The position numbers and the translations under genes are program-made. Source: Candidatus Anstonellaceae archaeon (GTDB taxonomy: Archaea > Micrarchaeota > Micrarchaeia > Anstonellales > Anstonellaceae). From it: a DNA stretch of 64,000 nt. The stretch lies in the NCBI GenBank assembly GCA_038891055.1, contig JAWAEU010000005.1:19330-83329 (forward strand), read 5' to 3'. The notes under the pieces were generated by a model. That model saw only the letters and a program-made list of their open reading frames with translations. It had not been told where the DNA came from and did no database searches. Positions 1 through 10,036 of this stretch are shown one piece after another; position 1 is the stretch's first letter, and each line of letters opens with the position of its first letter.

Positions 1-156
1 ATAGCAATCCCAGTTTATCTATTTATAAACTCTGCTTTGGTAGCTTTTGCTGTTTGTAATTTTCAAAACTCTAAACAAAAATTTGTATTCTATTTTATCT
101 TAATAGCAGCTATCTCAGAAATAATTTGGTTTTTGTTGCCTTCTCTTAGTTTATAA
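1..156 (+). CDS. 3' end of a membrane protein gene that begins upstream of the window (partial)
   Basis: Frame 1 is open from base 1 to TAA at 154-156 and translates to a hydrophobic tail (IAIPVYLFINSALVAFAVC...IIWFLLPSLSL). No start codon is present, so it is truncated by the window edge. Confidence 0.3.
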   Translation: MAIPVYLFINSALVAFAVCNFQNSKQKFVFYFILIAAISEIIWFLLPSLSL

Positions 157-204
157 ATTTTGACTAATCTATAATTTTAAATTTTTATTTTTTTATATAT
201 CTAT

Positions 205-1335
205 ATGGAACAAGTTAGCAAGAATATAAAAAACTTAGTAAGTAATTTTAGTTTTCCCACAATATCTGTTTTAGGTTCTCATTCTGCATTAGATGTTTGC
301 CAAGGTGCAAAACAATATGGATTAAAAAACATAGTTATATGTCAAAAGGGAAGAGAAAAAGTTTATACCACTCATTACAAATCCAAAAAATCCATTTTTG
401 GAGATTTAGGTTGTGTAGATAAAACAATAATCCTGGATTCTTTTAAACAAATAATAGAAAAGAAGGTAATCGATGAGTTAGTTGATCAACAATCTATTTT
501 TGTACCAAATCGTTCTTTCTCAGTCTATGTAGGTTATGACAACATAGAAAAAAATTTCCCAATTCCAATATTCGGAAATAGGTACTTGCTAAGAGCAGAA
601 GAAAGAAATGTGCCTTATAATCAGCAATTTTTATTAAAAAAAGCAAATATACCAATTCCTAAAGTTTATTCAACCCCAGAGGAAATAGATAGCTTAGTAA
701 TAGTTAAAGTTTTAGAAGAAAAAAGGCCCTATGAAAGAGCTTTTTTCTTTGCTTCTAGTGCTAAAGAATATCATGAAAAATCTAATAAATTAATCGAGCA
801 AAAAATAATCTCGAAGAAAAATCTTGAAAATGCATTAATAGAAGAATTTGTTATAGGTGCTCAATTTAACTTTAATTTTTTTTATTCTCCTCTAGAAAAT
901 AGGTTAGAATTGTTAGGGATAGACACAAGAAGGCAAACAAATTTAGATGGTTTGTTGAGATTACCTTATTTGCAGCAGAAGGATCTAAATCTTAGAGTTA
1001 CAACCATAGAGGTAGGTCATATTAGTTGTACAATAAGGGAATCTCTATTAGAGCAAGTTTTTGATTTAGGAGAAAAATTTATTAAAACCACAAAAGAATA
1101 TTATCCAGATGGTATTATTGGACCATTTGCTTTGCAAGGAGCAGTAGTAGAACAGGATGGGTCAGAGAAAATTTATATTTTTGATGTTTCCTTTAGAATA
1201 CCCGGTTCCCCTGGTACTGCTTACACCCCATACACAAAATATCTTTTTGGTCAAAATCTTTCAGTAGGACAAAGAATAGCATTGGAAATAAAAAAGGCAG
1301 CTAAAAATGATGAATTAGAAAAAATAGTAACCTGA
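205..1335 (+). CDS. purP: PurP-like ATP-grasp enzyme (5-formaminoimidazole-4-carboxamide ribonucleotide synthetase family), paralog 1
   Basis: 376 aa. N-terminal 'ISVLGSHSALDV' motif and an ATP-grasp-like C-terminal half typical of archaeal PurP. It lies in tandem with a second PurP-like ORF. Confidence 0.65.
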   Translation: MEQVSKNIKNLVSNFSFPTISVLGSHSALDVCQGAKQYGLKNIVICQKGREKVYTTHYKSKKSIFGDLGCVDKTIILDSFKQIIEKKVIDELVDQQSIFVPNRSFSVYVGYDNIEKNFPIPIFGNRYLLRAEERNVPYNQQFLLKKANIPIPKVYSTPEEIDSLVIVKVLEEKRPYERAFFFASSAKEYHEKSNKLIEQKIISKKNLENALIEEFVIGAQFNFNFFYSPLENRLELLGIDTRRQTNLDGLLRLPYLQQKDLNLRVTTIEVGHISCTIRESLLEQVFDLGEKFIKTTKEYYPDGIIGPFALQGAVVEQDGSEKIYIFDVSFRIPGSPGTAYTPYTKYLFGQNLSVGQRIALEIKKAAKNDELEKIVT

Positions 1336-1336
1336 G

Positions 1337-2398
1337 GTGTTTATTGTGGTAATTTCAAAAAACCAGATTAAAGAAATTTTGTCATCCTATGATAAAGAAA
1401 AAATAAAGATTGCTACAGTTTGCTCCCATTCTTCGCTTCAGATTTTTAAAGGAGCTAGAGAAGAAGGGTTTAAAACTATTGGGCTTTTAACAAATAAAGA
1501 TTTTAGGGAGGTCTATCGTGCTTTTCCCCACGGATCTCCTGATGAATTTTTAGAAGATTTTAAATTTAGTAAATCTACAATAAATGAGTTAGTGGAAGAA
1601 AATGTGGTTTTAGTTCCTTCTGGTTCATTAGTAGAATATTTTGGAGATAAAATAATGGATCTTTCTCTGCCTATTTTAGGAAATAGAATGTCTTTAATAT
1701 ATGAAAAAAATCGTCTCAAGATGTACGAATGGCTAAAAAAAGCAGGTTTAAACGTTCCATTAATTTTAGAGCCTTCTAAAATAGATCGGCCTTGCGTGGT
1801 GAAACATAGCGGGGCAAAGGGTGGGAGAGGATATTCTATAGTTCATTCTCCAGAAGAATATTATCAAAAATATGGGGATAAGGAGGGCTTAATAGTGCAG
1901 GAATTCATTGTAGGTGTGAGACTCTATCCTCATTATTTTTATTCTCCACTATCTACCGATGGCTATCAAGTAGCAGAAGGACATCTAGAGCTAATGTCTG
2001 TTGACAGGAGGCTTGAATCAAATGTAGATGAGAGTTATAGAACAATGTTGGCAGGAGTGCCAATAAAAGCTTCTTTTACTGTTATAGGAAATGAACCTGT
2101 AATTTTAAGAGAGTCTTTACTTCCAGATATACTAAAAATGGGCAAAAGAGTTGTGGAAAGTGCTTATCAAATTTTTGGGCCTCTACCAGGACCATTTTGT
2201 TTAGAATTAATTTGTGACGAAAATTTAGAATTTTATGTATTCGAGGTTTCTGCAAGAATAGTTGCAGGTACAAACCTATTTCCAGAAGGTTCATTTTATA
2301 GCTGTTATAGTAAATATCACATGAGTAGTGGCAGAAGAATAGCAAGAGAAATAAAGGACGCAATAGCCTTAGATGCTTTAGATAAAATATTTTATTAG
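1337..2398 (+). CDS. purP: PurP-like ATP-grasp enzyme, paralog 2
   Basis: 353 aa with the 'IATVCSHSSLQI' motif; same family as the upstream gene. The start overlaps the stop of the previous gene (tandem paralogs). Confidence 0.65.
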   Translation: MFIVVISKNQIKEILSSYDKEKIKIATVCSHSSLQIFKGAREEGFKTIGLLTNKDFREVYRAFPHGSPDEFLEDFKFSKSTINELVEENVVLVPSGSLVEYFGDKIMDLSLPILGNRMSLIYEKNRLKMYEWLKKAGLNVPLILEPSKIDRPCVVKHSGAKGGRGYSIVHSPEEYYQKYGDKEGLIVQEFIVGVRLYPHYFYSPLSTDGYQVAEGHLELMSVDRRLESNVDESYRTMLAGVPIKASFTVIGNEPVILRESLLPDILKMGKRVVESAYQIFGPLPGPFCLELICDENLEFYVFEVSARIVAGTNLFPEGSFYSCYSKYHMSSGRRIAREIKDAIALDALDKIFY

Positions 2399-2423
2399 TT
2401 TTGCTAAATTTAGGTGTATAAAA

Positions 2424-3194
2424 TTGGATTTGTTGCAAGCTTTTATTTTGGGCACAATACAAGGATTTAGTGAATGGTTGCCTATTTCTTCTTCTGCTCA
2501 CTTAGTTTTATTTCAAAATTTTTTTGATCTTAAAGCTTCAGCAGAGTTTGATATTATTATAATGTTAGGTACTACTTTTGCTCTAATTTTATATTTTAGA
2601 AAAAAGCTATTATCCTTATTTTTAGATCTTTTAGCATTCAAAAAAGAAGCAATAGAATACTTATTTTTTTTAGTTATAGCCGGACTTTTTACAGCTTTCA
2701 TAGGTTTTCCTCTTAAAAATTTTTTCAAATCTTTTTTTTATTTGCCCCAAATCGTTTGTTTGCTCTTGATTTTAAATGGTATTTTGATTTTTCTTGCTTC
2801 AAAAACAAAGGAAAGTACTAATAGAATAAATAAAAAAATAGCAATTTTGGTAGGCATAGCGCAAGCCTTTTCTTTGTTTCCAGGCATCTCTCGATCAGGT
2901 TCTACAATTTCTGTTGCACTATTAAGCGGGCTAAATAGACTAAAGGCGGCAGAATTCTCTTTTTTATTAGGTATTCCATCTATGTTAATAGCAAGTTTAG
3001 TAGAATTAAATAGCGCAATTTGGTTTTCTATGGACTTATCAATTTTGTTAGCTGGTATTAGCGGAGCTTTTTTAGCTGGTTATCTAAGCATCCATTTCTT
3101 TTTTAAAATTTTAAAAGAAGGAAATTTGGTATATTTTGCTTATTATTCTATTCTTATTGGTTCAATCTTTTTTGTTTATTTTATCTCGTTATGA
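2424..3194 (+). CDS. uppP: undecaprenyl/dolichyl-diphosphatase (UppP/BacA family)
   Basis: 256 aa polytopic membrane protein with the signature 'SEWLPISSSAHL' and an 'ISRSGSTI' motif. Confidence 0.85.
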   Translation: MDLLQAFILGTIQGFSEWLPISSSAHLVLFQNFFDLKASAEFDIIIMLGTTFALILYFRKKLLSLFLDLLAFKKEAIEYLFFLVIAGLFTAFIGFPLKNFFKSFFYLPQIVCLLLILNGILIFLASKTKESTNRINKKIAILVGIAQAFSLFPGISRSGSTISVALLSGLNRLKAAEFSFLLGIPSMLIASLVELNSAIWFSMDLSILLAGISGAFLAGYLSIHFFFKILKEGNLVYFAYYSILIGSIFFVYFISL

Positions 3195-3204
3195 TGATCT
3201 CACT

Positions 3205-4125
3205 CTAAATAAAAAAGATATCTAATATTATGTTATTGTTTTGTATTCCTAAAAGTATCTTCTGATTTGGGCCATTTATAGTTGGATAGCAGCCCATTTC
3301 CATTTTTAGTTTATAACTACCTTCTTTACCATCATTTATTATTATCTGATCATAAAAATCTAAATTAGAAAATAATTTTAGTTGAATGTTTAAAGACAAA
3401 TTATTTGCACTCAACAGAAGTATTTTTTTATCTCCCACTTCTTTTTTGTTCAAAATAGCCGCGTCTGCACATATTCTATACTCTATTTTTGTTTTATTTT
3501 CTGGAACATAAAATTCTAAAAAATTTGTTTTTTTATTTTTTGTTTTTTCAAAATAGTTTTCTCCCCATTGGGAAATTAAAATGTTTTGTTTTGTTCTTTT
3601 GGCATACTTTTGAAGTCTTTTATAATCATACTTAGTAAAAAACTTCTTTGAATTAAAATAAATATTTTCTCCGTCTAATAAATATGCCATGTTGTTATAT
3701 CTCTCTTCATTTTTTTGTTCAATACAAAAAAGTAAATGTGTTGTAGTTCCTTTATTTTTCTTTATAGTAGCATTTAATTTTTTACAAACTTCTAAAACTT
3801 TTTTTTCTGTAATACTATAATTATATCTCAAAGCATTTTCTGAAAATAAAAAAATATTCTCTTTTATATTAGCCTGTTTTTGTATTTTTTGCTCACAACT
3901 CTCAAAATAAATTTGCATTATCTCTTTTATGTTTTTAAAGGTACCATTTTTTAAATTAGGACAAATAACCGCTAGATGGCTTTTATTCAAATCTATTTTT
4001 TCTATTTTATTAAATTTTTTTTCTATCTCCCCAGATTTTAAAAATCTAAAAAATTTTTGTTTAATTATATCTTCTATTTCAAATTGAACCTTATATCTTT
4101 TTGTATTCAAATATTTAGTTTTCAT
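3205..4125 (-). CDS. hypothetical protein, possibly carbon-nitrogen hydrolase (nitrilase superfamily)-like
   Basis: 306 aa. Weak matches to CN-hydrolase motifs in order: 'LAVICPNL', 'FLFSEN' (Glu), 'KNKGTTTHLLF' (Lys), 'YRICADAA' (Cys). The spacing is atypical, so this is tentative. Confidence 0.35.
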   Translation of the reverse strand: MKTKYLNTKRYKVQFEIEDIIKQKFFRFLKSGEIEKKFNKIEKIDLNKSHLAVICPNLKNGTFKNIKEIMQIYFESCEQKIQKQANIKENIFLFSENALRYNYSITEKKVLEVCKKLNATIKKNKGTTTHLLFCIEQKNEERYNNMAYLLDGENIYFNSKKFFTKYDYKRLQKYAKRTKQNILISQWGENYFEKTKNKKTNFLEFYVPENKTKIEYRICADAAILNKKEVGDKKILLLSANNLSLNIQLKLFSNLDFYDQIIINDGKEGSYKLKMEMGCYPTINGPNQKILLGIQNNNIILDIFFI

Positions 4126-4177
4126 ATAGATGTTTTTTATTTATAAACTACTTTTTAATTTTAACCTATTTTTATTT

Positions 4178-5362
4178 TTATATTATTTGAAGTTGTTTGG
4201 CAATTTTTTCAATTTTTTCTAAAGCAAAGTCTATATCTGACTTTTTAAAATCTGCTCTAATTTGGGTTCTTATTCTCGCTTTTCCTTGTGCAACCATGGG
4301 ATATACTATTGGAAGAGCAAAAACTCCTTCCTCGAATAATTTTTGTGAAAATTCTTTTGCCTTTTTAGAGTCTCCAATCATTATAGGAACTATCGGAGTT
4401 TGAGAATTGCCAATATCCAAACCCAATTTTTTTATTTTTTTCTTAAAGTAATTGGTATTTTTCCACAATTTTCTAACCAACCTGTCATCTTGGTCCAATA
4501 GTTCTAATGCAGCAATACAACTTGCTACTGTTGCAGGTGGGGCAGAGCCAGACAGCAAATAAGTCCTTGCTTTATTGTGCAAATATTCTTTTAGAACTTT
4601 AGAACCGGCAACATATCCTCCAACAACTCCAAAAGCTTTTGAAAATGTGCCCATTTCCACCTCTATTTTCCCATCTAAATGAAAATGGCTCGTTATACCT
4701 CTCCCATGGTCTCCTAAAACTCCATCTCCATGAGCATCATCAACCCAAATATATGCTTCGTATTGGTTTGCAAGCTCATAAATTTTATCTAATGGGGCTA
4801 TGTCCCCATCCATAGAAAAGACACCATCGGTAATTATCCAAATTTTTTCAAATCTACTTTTGGCTTCTTTTAATTTATTTTCCAAATCTTGCATGTCGCA
4901 ATGTTTATAAATAAATTTTTCTACTTTTGCTAATCTAATTCCATCTATAATTGATCCGTGATTTAATTCATCTGAGATTACTGCACTATTTTGATCTAAT
5001 AGTTGAGGTATTCCACCTGCATTTGCAGCAAAACCTGTTTGAAAATAAATTGCATCCTCTGTTCTTTTGAACTTAGCAATAGTTTCTTCCAATTTTATAT
5101 GAAGTTCCATCGTCCCAGAAATAGCTCTTACTGATCCAGATCCAGCACCATATTTTTTTATCGCCTCAATCGCAGCTTTTTTTAATTTAGGATGGTTAGA
5201 TAAGCCTAAATAATTGTTTGTACTTAGCATCAAAACTTTTTTTCCATTTACTACAGAATATGGAAGAGAAGGGCCCTCTAATTTATTTACTTTCCACTCA
5301 AGCCCGTTTGCTTTTAATTCTTCAATGATTGGTTTTAAAACACTATCCAGCGGTTTTTTCAT
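4178..5362 (-). CDS. kbl: PLP-dependent class-II aminotransferase, 2-amino-3-ketobutyrate CoA ligase / 8-amino-7-oxononanoate synthase family
   Basis: 394 aa. PLP-lysine motif 'GTFSKAFGVVGGY', 'DDAHGDGVLG', and 'LSTNNYLGL' near the N-terminus, typical of Kbl/BioF. Confidence 0.8.
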   Translation of the reverse strand: MKKPLDSVLKPIIEELKANGLEWKVNKLEGPSLPYSVVNGKKVLMLSTNNYLGLSNHPKLKKAAIEAIKKYGAGSGSVRAISGTMELHIKLEETIAKFKRTEDAIYFQTGFAANAGGIPQLLDQNSAVISDELNHGSIIDGIRLAKVEKFIYKHCDMQDLENKLKEAKSRFEKIWIITDGVFSMDGDIAPLDKIYELANQYEAYIWVDDAHGDGVLGDHGRGITSHFHLDGKIEVEMGTFSKAFGVVGGYVAGSKVLKEYLHNKARTYLLSGSAPPATVASCIAALELLDQDDRLVRKLWKNTNYFKKKIKKLGLDIGNSQTPIVPIMIGDSKKAKEFSQKLFEEGVFALPIVYPMVAQGKARIRTQIRADFKKSDIDFALEKIEKIAKQLQII

Positions 5363-5441
5363 CTATCTCACCATTTTTCCTTTTGACATTAAATTTTTTA
5401 TTTTTATTCATTCATTTTTATTTTTGTCTAAAACTACTAAG

Positions 5442-6224
5442 ATGATTAAAATGAAACATATTTTAAATTATTGCACTTCAGAAGATGTACCCTATTTAGT
5501 AGTAAAAGAAGGCAACGAAATTTTTTCATTCCCTTTAAGGGGAAAACTGGTTTTAAATTTTTCCCCAGAGGTTCTTTGTACTGGCTATAAAGATGATAAA
5601 GAAATTTTTAGACCCTGTCCACTTGGCCAGTTGCATGTAAGCAAATGTCCTACTTGTAAAAGACTTGATATAGCAAATGTTTATACTATCGGAGATTTCA
5701 CTTATTATCCACATCTAAAAGAGACACTCTCAAAAGAAAAATATGTATTATATTTAGCTCAATTTGGAGAAGATATTACCAAGGTAGGCTTAAGCAGACG
5801 TTCTAGATATCTCAAGAGGTGGAGAGAGCAAGGGGCCGATTTTGCAACTATTATAGCAGAATTCGAAGGCCCAGACATGGTTTATGAGTTTGAAAGTTAT
5901 TTACAGCAAAGATATAATTTTAGCAATTCAGTTAGATCTTCGCAAAAGCTAACTAGATTAAACTTTGATAAAGAAAAAGCTTATGAAAAAATAAAAAAAT
6001 CAAAAGAATTATTGTTCAATGATTTTTCTATAAAAAATTTTTTAGTTGACGAGGAAATTTATGATCTAACTTTCTCTTATCCAAAAGTTTTCAACCCCAA
6101 AATCTCAAACTCTATAGAAGGTGAGGCATTAGGCTCAAAAGGCCAGTGGTTTTTTTTCAAAGATAGAGAGAATTTTTATGCACTTAATCTCTCTAAAGTG
6201 CTTGGGCATTTTCTTTTAGATTAA
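5442..6224 (+). CDS. hypothetical protein with a Cys4 zinc-ribbon-like motif
   Basis: The ORF track starts at 5214, but that start overlaps the kbl coding region on the opposite strand and its N-terminus is low-complexity. The ATG at 5442 (MIKMKHILNY...) is the plausible start. It contains 'CTGY...CPLGQ...CPTC'. Confidence 0.45.
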   Translation: MIKMKHILNYCTSEDVPYLVVKEGNEIFSFPLRGKLVLNFSPEVLCTGYKDDKEIFRPCPLGQLHVSKCPTCKRLDIANVYTIGDFTYYPHLKETLSKEKYVLYLAQFGEDITKVGLSRRSRYLKRWREQGADFATIIAEFEGPDMVYEFESYLQQRYNFSNSVRSSQKLTRLNFDKEKAYEKIKKSKELLFNDFSIKNFLVDEEIYDLTFSYPKVFNPKISNSIEGEALGSKGQWFFFKDRENFYALNLSKVLGHFLLD

Positions 6225-6261
6225 ATCAGCAACCTCTAATTTTAATTTTTTAATACTCTTG

Positions 6262-6786
6262 CTATTCCCATTCCTCTTCTTTGATATTTTGCCTAAAATT
6301 CTCCAATCTTGCTAAAGCAAAGAAATAACTAGATAATCTATTGAGGTATTTTATGATTGGTCCAAGTTTAGGATTTTTTAACTTCACGATTTCTCTCTCT
6401 GCTCTTCTGCAAACAGTTCTACAAACATGTAAATAGGCTGATTCAATGCTTCCACCAGGATAAATAAACCTATTTAGAACTGGAAGTTTTTCATCTATTT
6501 GATCAATTTTATGTTCTAGCTCAAGAGTATAATTTTCAAATTTTTTTATCTCTGCACTTTTCTCTTCCACATCCCCACAGCTTATAATAGCACCAATTTC
6601 AAAGAGTTTTTTTTGGATTTCTTTCAATTCCTCTTTTTCTTTGCAATAGACTTTAGCAATAGCTATAAAAGAAGAGAGTTCATCTATAGTACCTACGGCC
6701 CAAAAAATATCTTCATTTTTTAATATCCTCTTTCCACCAATATTACTATATCCATCATCTCCATTTTTTGTATATGTTTTAGACAT
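6262..6786 (-). CDS. ATP:cob(I)alamin adenosyltransferase, PduO/MMAB type
   Basis: 174 aa. N-terminal 'TKNGDDGYSNIGG', equivalent to the 'TRTGDxGxT' signature of PduO-type adenosyltransferases. Confidence 0.8.
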   Translation of the reverse strand: MSKTYTKNGDDGYSNIGGKRILKNEDIFWAVGTIDELSSFIAIAKVYCKEKEELKEIQKKLFEIGAIISCGDVEEKSAEIKKFENYTLELEHKIDQIDEKLPVLNRFIYPGGSIESAYLHVCRTVCRRAEREIVKLKNPKLGPIIKYLNRLSSYFFALARLENFRQNIKEEEWE

Positions 6787-6837
6787 ATATAAAACAAAAA
6801 TTGGAAGATTTATATTTTTAACTTTAATTAATCTTAT

Positions 6838-7716
6838 ATGGATATTTTGGAAAAAATGGAAACAAAGTTGTCTTTCTTATTTTTTTCTTCTCAAATGATT
6901 GCATTTTTATACTTTCTCTCTCTTTCTTTTCTTTCAATTGCAAATAGGGATTTTTTTGAAAATTTTTCCCTTCCACCTTTAAGTGAAGATTTATTTTCGG
7001 TTGTTTTATTGTTTTTGTATATTGTTTTTGTTGCACTAATAAATATCTTCTTTTTAAAATTTTTTCGCTCTTTTATCCTTTTAAAAATTTTTGAATTCTT
7101 CGCTTTATTTTTCTCGTTATCTTTATTTTTTTTACCTTTTTTGTTTGTATTTATAAAAGATCCACTAACTACTTTTATTATCTCTCTGCTTGTGGGTCTA
7201 TTGCTCACTTTTCTAAAAAATTATTTTTTAGAGCTTAATAACCCATTGGTAGTAATATCTTCAGCAACTATAGGCGTACTTGTAGGACTTTCTTTTAGTT
7301 TTACTTCAGTTTTAATTTTTGCAATTTTGCTTTCTTTATATGATTTCTTTGCTGTTTTTAAAACAAGACACATGTTAACTTTGGCAAAAGCAATAGCTAA
7401 CCAGAAATTGGCATTTGCAATTGCATCTGATATTGGAACAAAGATAAAAACATCTAAAAAAGATAGTGAAATAAAAAAACCCTCGATAATGCTTGGAAGC
7501 GGAGATATTTTGTTGGTTTCTTTGTTTATCCCCTCTACATTTATAGAATTTGGACTTATTCCAACTATTTCTCTTATACTATTTTCTTCAATAGGTACCT
7601 ACATTCTTTTGGTTTTCACTATAAAAAATAAAATAGCTCTTCCCGCACTTCCATTTATTTGTTTCAGTTCAATGTTTGGGCTTGCAATTAGTCTAATATT
7701 AAAATTTTTATTTTAA
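6838..7716 (+). CDS. presenilin / signal-peptide-peptidase family (A22) intramembrane aspartyl protease homolog
   Basis: 292 aa polytopic membrane protein carrying, in order, the 'YD' motif (SLYDFFAVF), the 'GxGD' motif (MLGSGDILL) and the 'PAL' motif (LPALPFIC) in separate TM segments. Confidence 0.6.
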   Translation: MDILEKMETKLSFLFFSSQMIAFLYFLSLSFLSIANRDFFENFSLPPLSEDLFSVVLLFLYIVFVALINIFFLKFFRSFILLKIFEFFALFFSLSLFFLPFLFVFIKDPLTTFIISLLVGLLLTFLKNYFLELNNPLVVISSATIGVLVGLSFSFTSVLIFAILLSLYDFFAVFKTRHMLTLAKAIANQKLAFAIASDIGTKIKTSKKDSEIKKPSIMLGSGDILLVSLFIPSTFIEFGLIPTISLILFSSIGTYILLVFTIKNKIALPALPFICFSSMFGLAISLILKFLF

Positions 7717-7728
7717 GAGTGAAACATA

Positions 7729-8100
7729 ATGTTTAAGCTATCTAAAAATTTTTTATATGCTGTGGTAGGCGCAAGCACTAATAAACAAAAATATGGCTAT
7801 GCAGTATTAAGAAATTTAAAGGACAGGGGATTTAGTGTAGTTGGAATAAATCCAAAATATTCTAAAATAGATGAAATTGATTGTTTTCCTTCTCTCGAGG
7901 AGTGTCCAAAAAAAATTGATGTAGTGGTTTTTGTAGTTCAGCCGCAAATAACTCTAAGTATTTTAGAGCAGTGCTTAAAATTACAAATAAAAAAAGTTTG
8001 GTTTCAACCAGGTTCTGCTTCTACCTCAGTCATAGAGTTCTGTAAAAAAAACTCAATAGATTTTGTAGCTGATGCTTGTATAATGAAGTCTTCCAAATAA
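7729..8100 (+). CDS. CoA-binding domain protein (YccU/YneT-like)
   Basis: 123 aa. 'YAVVGASTNKQKYGYAVLRNLKDRGFSVVGINPK' matches the CoA_binding_2 Rossmann-like pattern. Confidence 0.7.
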   Translation: MFKLSKNFLYAVVGASTNKQKYGYAVLRNLKDRGFSVVGINPKYSKIDEIDCFPSLEECPKKIDVVVFVVQPQITLSILEQCLKLQIKKVWFQPGSASTSVIEFCKKNSIDFVADACIMKSSK

Positions 8101-8138
8101 TTTTTTTTTGTAAAAAATAAAAAAATAAAAAAAGGTTT

Positions 8139-8462
8139 TTAGCCAAATAAAGAGGATAGCCCTTCTGCTGCAGCAGCTTCTTTTTTACTCTCATCCTCTT
8201 CTGACTTTTTCTCCTCTTTCTTTTCTTGTTTTTGTTCAGCTCCTGCTGCCTGACTAGCTACAACTGCAACTGGAGTGGAGGCATTTTTTATTACTTCTTC
8301 AAAATTTACATCTTTTAGTGCTTCGCTCAAAACTTTTATTTTAGCACTATCTGGCTCTACTCCAGCTGCCTTTATTACAGCTGTCAGATTTGCTTCGTTT
8401 ATCTCTTTTTCAGCTCCTCTAAGCAATAGAGCTGCATGCAAGTATGGGTCTATTTTTGTCAT
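8139..8462 (-). CDS. rpl12: 50S ribosomal stalk protein L12 (P1)
   Basis: 107 aa. Ala/Glu/Lys-rich hinge and C-terminal 'EGLSSLFG', typical of archaeal P1/L12. It is the last gene of the L1-L10-L12 cluster. Confidence 0.9.
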   Translation of the reverse strand: MTKIDPYLHAALLLRGAEKEINEANLTAVIKAAGVEPDSAKIKVLSEALKDVNFEEVIKNASTPVAVVASQAAGAEQKQEKKEEKKSEEDESKKEAAAAEGLSSLFG

Positions 8463-8503
8463 TTTAATCCCTCCATAAATTCAAAATATTAATATACAAT
8501 TAT

Positions 8504-9367
8504 TTATTGCTTAGTATTTAATATCTTATCTATTTCATATGCTTGTCTAAGCGTGGTTTCCAAGCTTTGTTTTATGGTAGTTGAAGAGTATACATTAGAG
8601 GATTTTGCAAGTTCTATTGCTTGTCTATATCCAATTGTCAATAATTGATCTATATTTGATGTTGTTGGATAAAATATATTGACTGCCAAGTTTGAAGCTA
8701 TATTATAGCTATATGCTATTTCTTCTTTTATTTTTTGAGGTTCTATTTCTAAAACTTCAGGACCATAATTTACTCCCTCAAATATCCCTTCTTTTATTTT
8801 TATAAATACTTCAAAGGGAGCGATGTTTAGTTTTTGGAGAGCTTTTGCAATTTGTTCCTTTATAATTTCTCCTTTTTTTACTACTACTACATCCTTTTGT
8901 ATAGCTATTTTTCCACCTTTTATTATAGCAGGGATGGAGGCATTTTTTAATTCTGTTAAGGCAGGTCCAGGTGGAAGGTCAGTTTCACCGGCCTTAACTT
9001 CTATATCTTGTTCAGCTATTTGGCCTGGTTTTGCAAAAACTTTTTGAGCACTATTTTTAAAAGTTTGATAAAGTTTGTATGGACTAAAAACATTAGAAAG
9101 GACTAATGCAGCAGGAAAATCTAATTTTATTTTGAACTTTTTATTATTCTTTTCTAAAGCTCTCTGAATAACTGCCTTTTTTGCAACTATTATTTTTATT
9201 TGGCCCCTTAACTCTTTTCTTGCTTTTTGTAATATTCTATCTGGTAAATTTTTTAGACTAACTAAACACACTGTTTTAGCATCTTGGATCTCTTTTGAAA
9301 TTTGTTCAACCAGTTTTTGTTTTTTTAGTCTTGACTTTGAAATTTTTTTAGTATTATTTTTGCTCAT
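8504..9367 (-). CDS. rpl10: 50S ribosomal protein L10 (acidic P0 homolog)
   Basis: 287 aa with the L10/P0 N-terminal domain, located between L1 and L12. Confidence 0.9.
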   Translation of the reverse strand: MSKNNTKKISKSRLKKQKLVEQISKEIQDAKTVCLVSLKNLPDRILQKARKELRGQIKIIVAKKAVIQRALEKNNKKFKIKLDFPAALVLSNVFSPYKLYQTFKNSAQKVFAKPGQIAEQDIEVKAGETDLPPGPALTELKNASIPAIIKGGKIAIQKDVVVVKKGEIIKEQIAKALQKLNIAPFEVFIKIKEGIFEGVNYGPEVLEIEPQKIKEEIAYSYNIASNLAVNIFYPTTSNIDQLLTIGYRQAIELAKSSNVYSSTTIKQSLETTLRQAYEIDKILNTKQ

Positions 9368-10026
9368 TTCTTCTCACCTTTCTTTTCAAGAGCTATTTTT
9401 ATAGCTGGGCTCATAGTCAGTTTTACATATATAGAACTAATTAAATGTGCCCCTCCTATTTTTTCTTTTATTTTCTCGTATGCTGCTTCTAAATTTTCTG
9501 CCAAGTCCTCAGCGCTCATATTTTCAGTTCCTATCAAAAATTGGACTGTTGGTAAATATGCACCTTTGTTTGTAATCCTTATCTTATTTTTAGCTTGCTT
9601 TATAGCTAAATCTACAGGTCCAACTATTGGTCGTGGGAGTTTTCCTCTTGTACTTAGCACTTGCCCGAGGTTTTTACCAATCTCAACCATCATAGTAGGT
9701 AGAGCTAAAAATTCGTGTTTCTTGGCTAGTTGTTTAAGAGTTTTTTTATCGTTTTTTAATTTCTCTATGTCTTCTTTTGAAAAGATATGTTCTATCCCAA
9801 GCTTTTTTGCTTCTAGTGCTGTCTGTCCATCAGCAAAAATTACTATCGGGTTTTCTTTACCTCTTCCTTTCGGAAGAACTATATCGAGGTTTATTCTGTT
9901 TTCTGGTTTTGAAAAATTTACTCCTCTAAAATTTATTATTGCCTCTACACTTTGTAAAAATTTCCTTTTTCCCCTATATTCATCTAGCAATTTTTGGATA
10001 CTTTTAATAACTTCTTGTCTATCCAT
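9364..10026 (-). CDS. rpl1: 50S ribosomal protein L1
   Basis: 220 aa L1 family. Its stop overlaps the L10 start. L11 is not adjacent upstream. Confidence 0.9.
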   Translation of the reverse strand: MDRQEVIKSIQKLLDEYRGKRKFLQSVEAIINFRGVNFSKPENRINLDIVLPKGRGKENPIVIFADGQTALEAKKLGIEHIFSKEDIEKLKNDKKTLKQLAKKHEFLALPTMMVEIGKNLGQVLSTRGKLPRPIVGPVDLAIKQAKNKIRITNKGAYLPTVQFLIGTENMSAEDLAENLEAAYEKIKEKIGGAHLISSIYVKLTMSPAIKIALEKKGEKK

Positions 10027-10036
10027 ATGCTCCCTC

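Noticed and set aside
5214-5441. N-terminal 76 codons of the 5214-6224 ORF
   Set aside because: They overlap the kbl coding region on the opposite strand and translate to low-complexity Phe/Ser-rich sequence. The ATG at 5442 with a clean spacer is the more plausible start.
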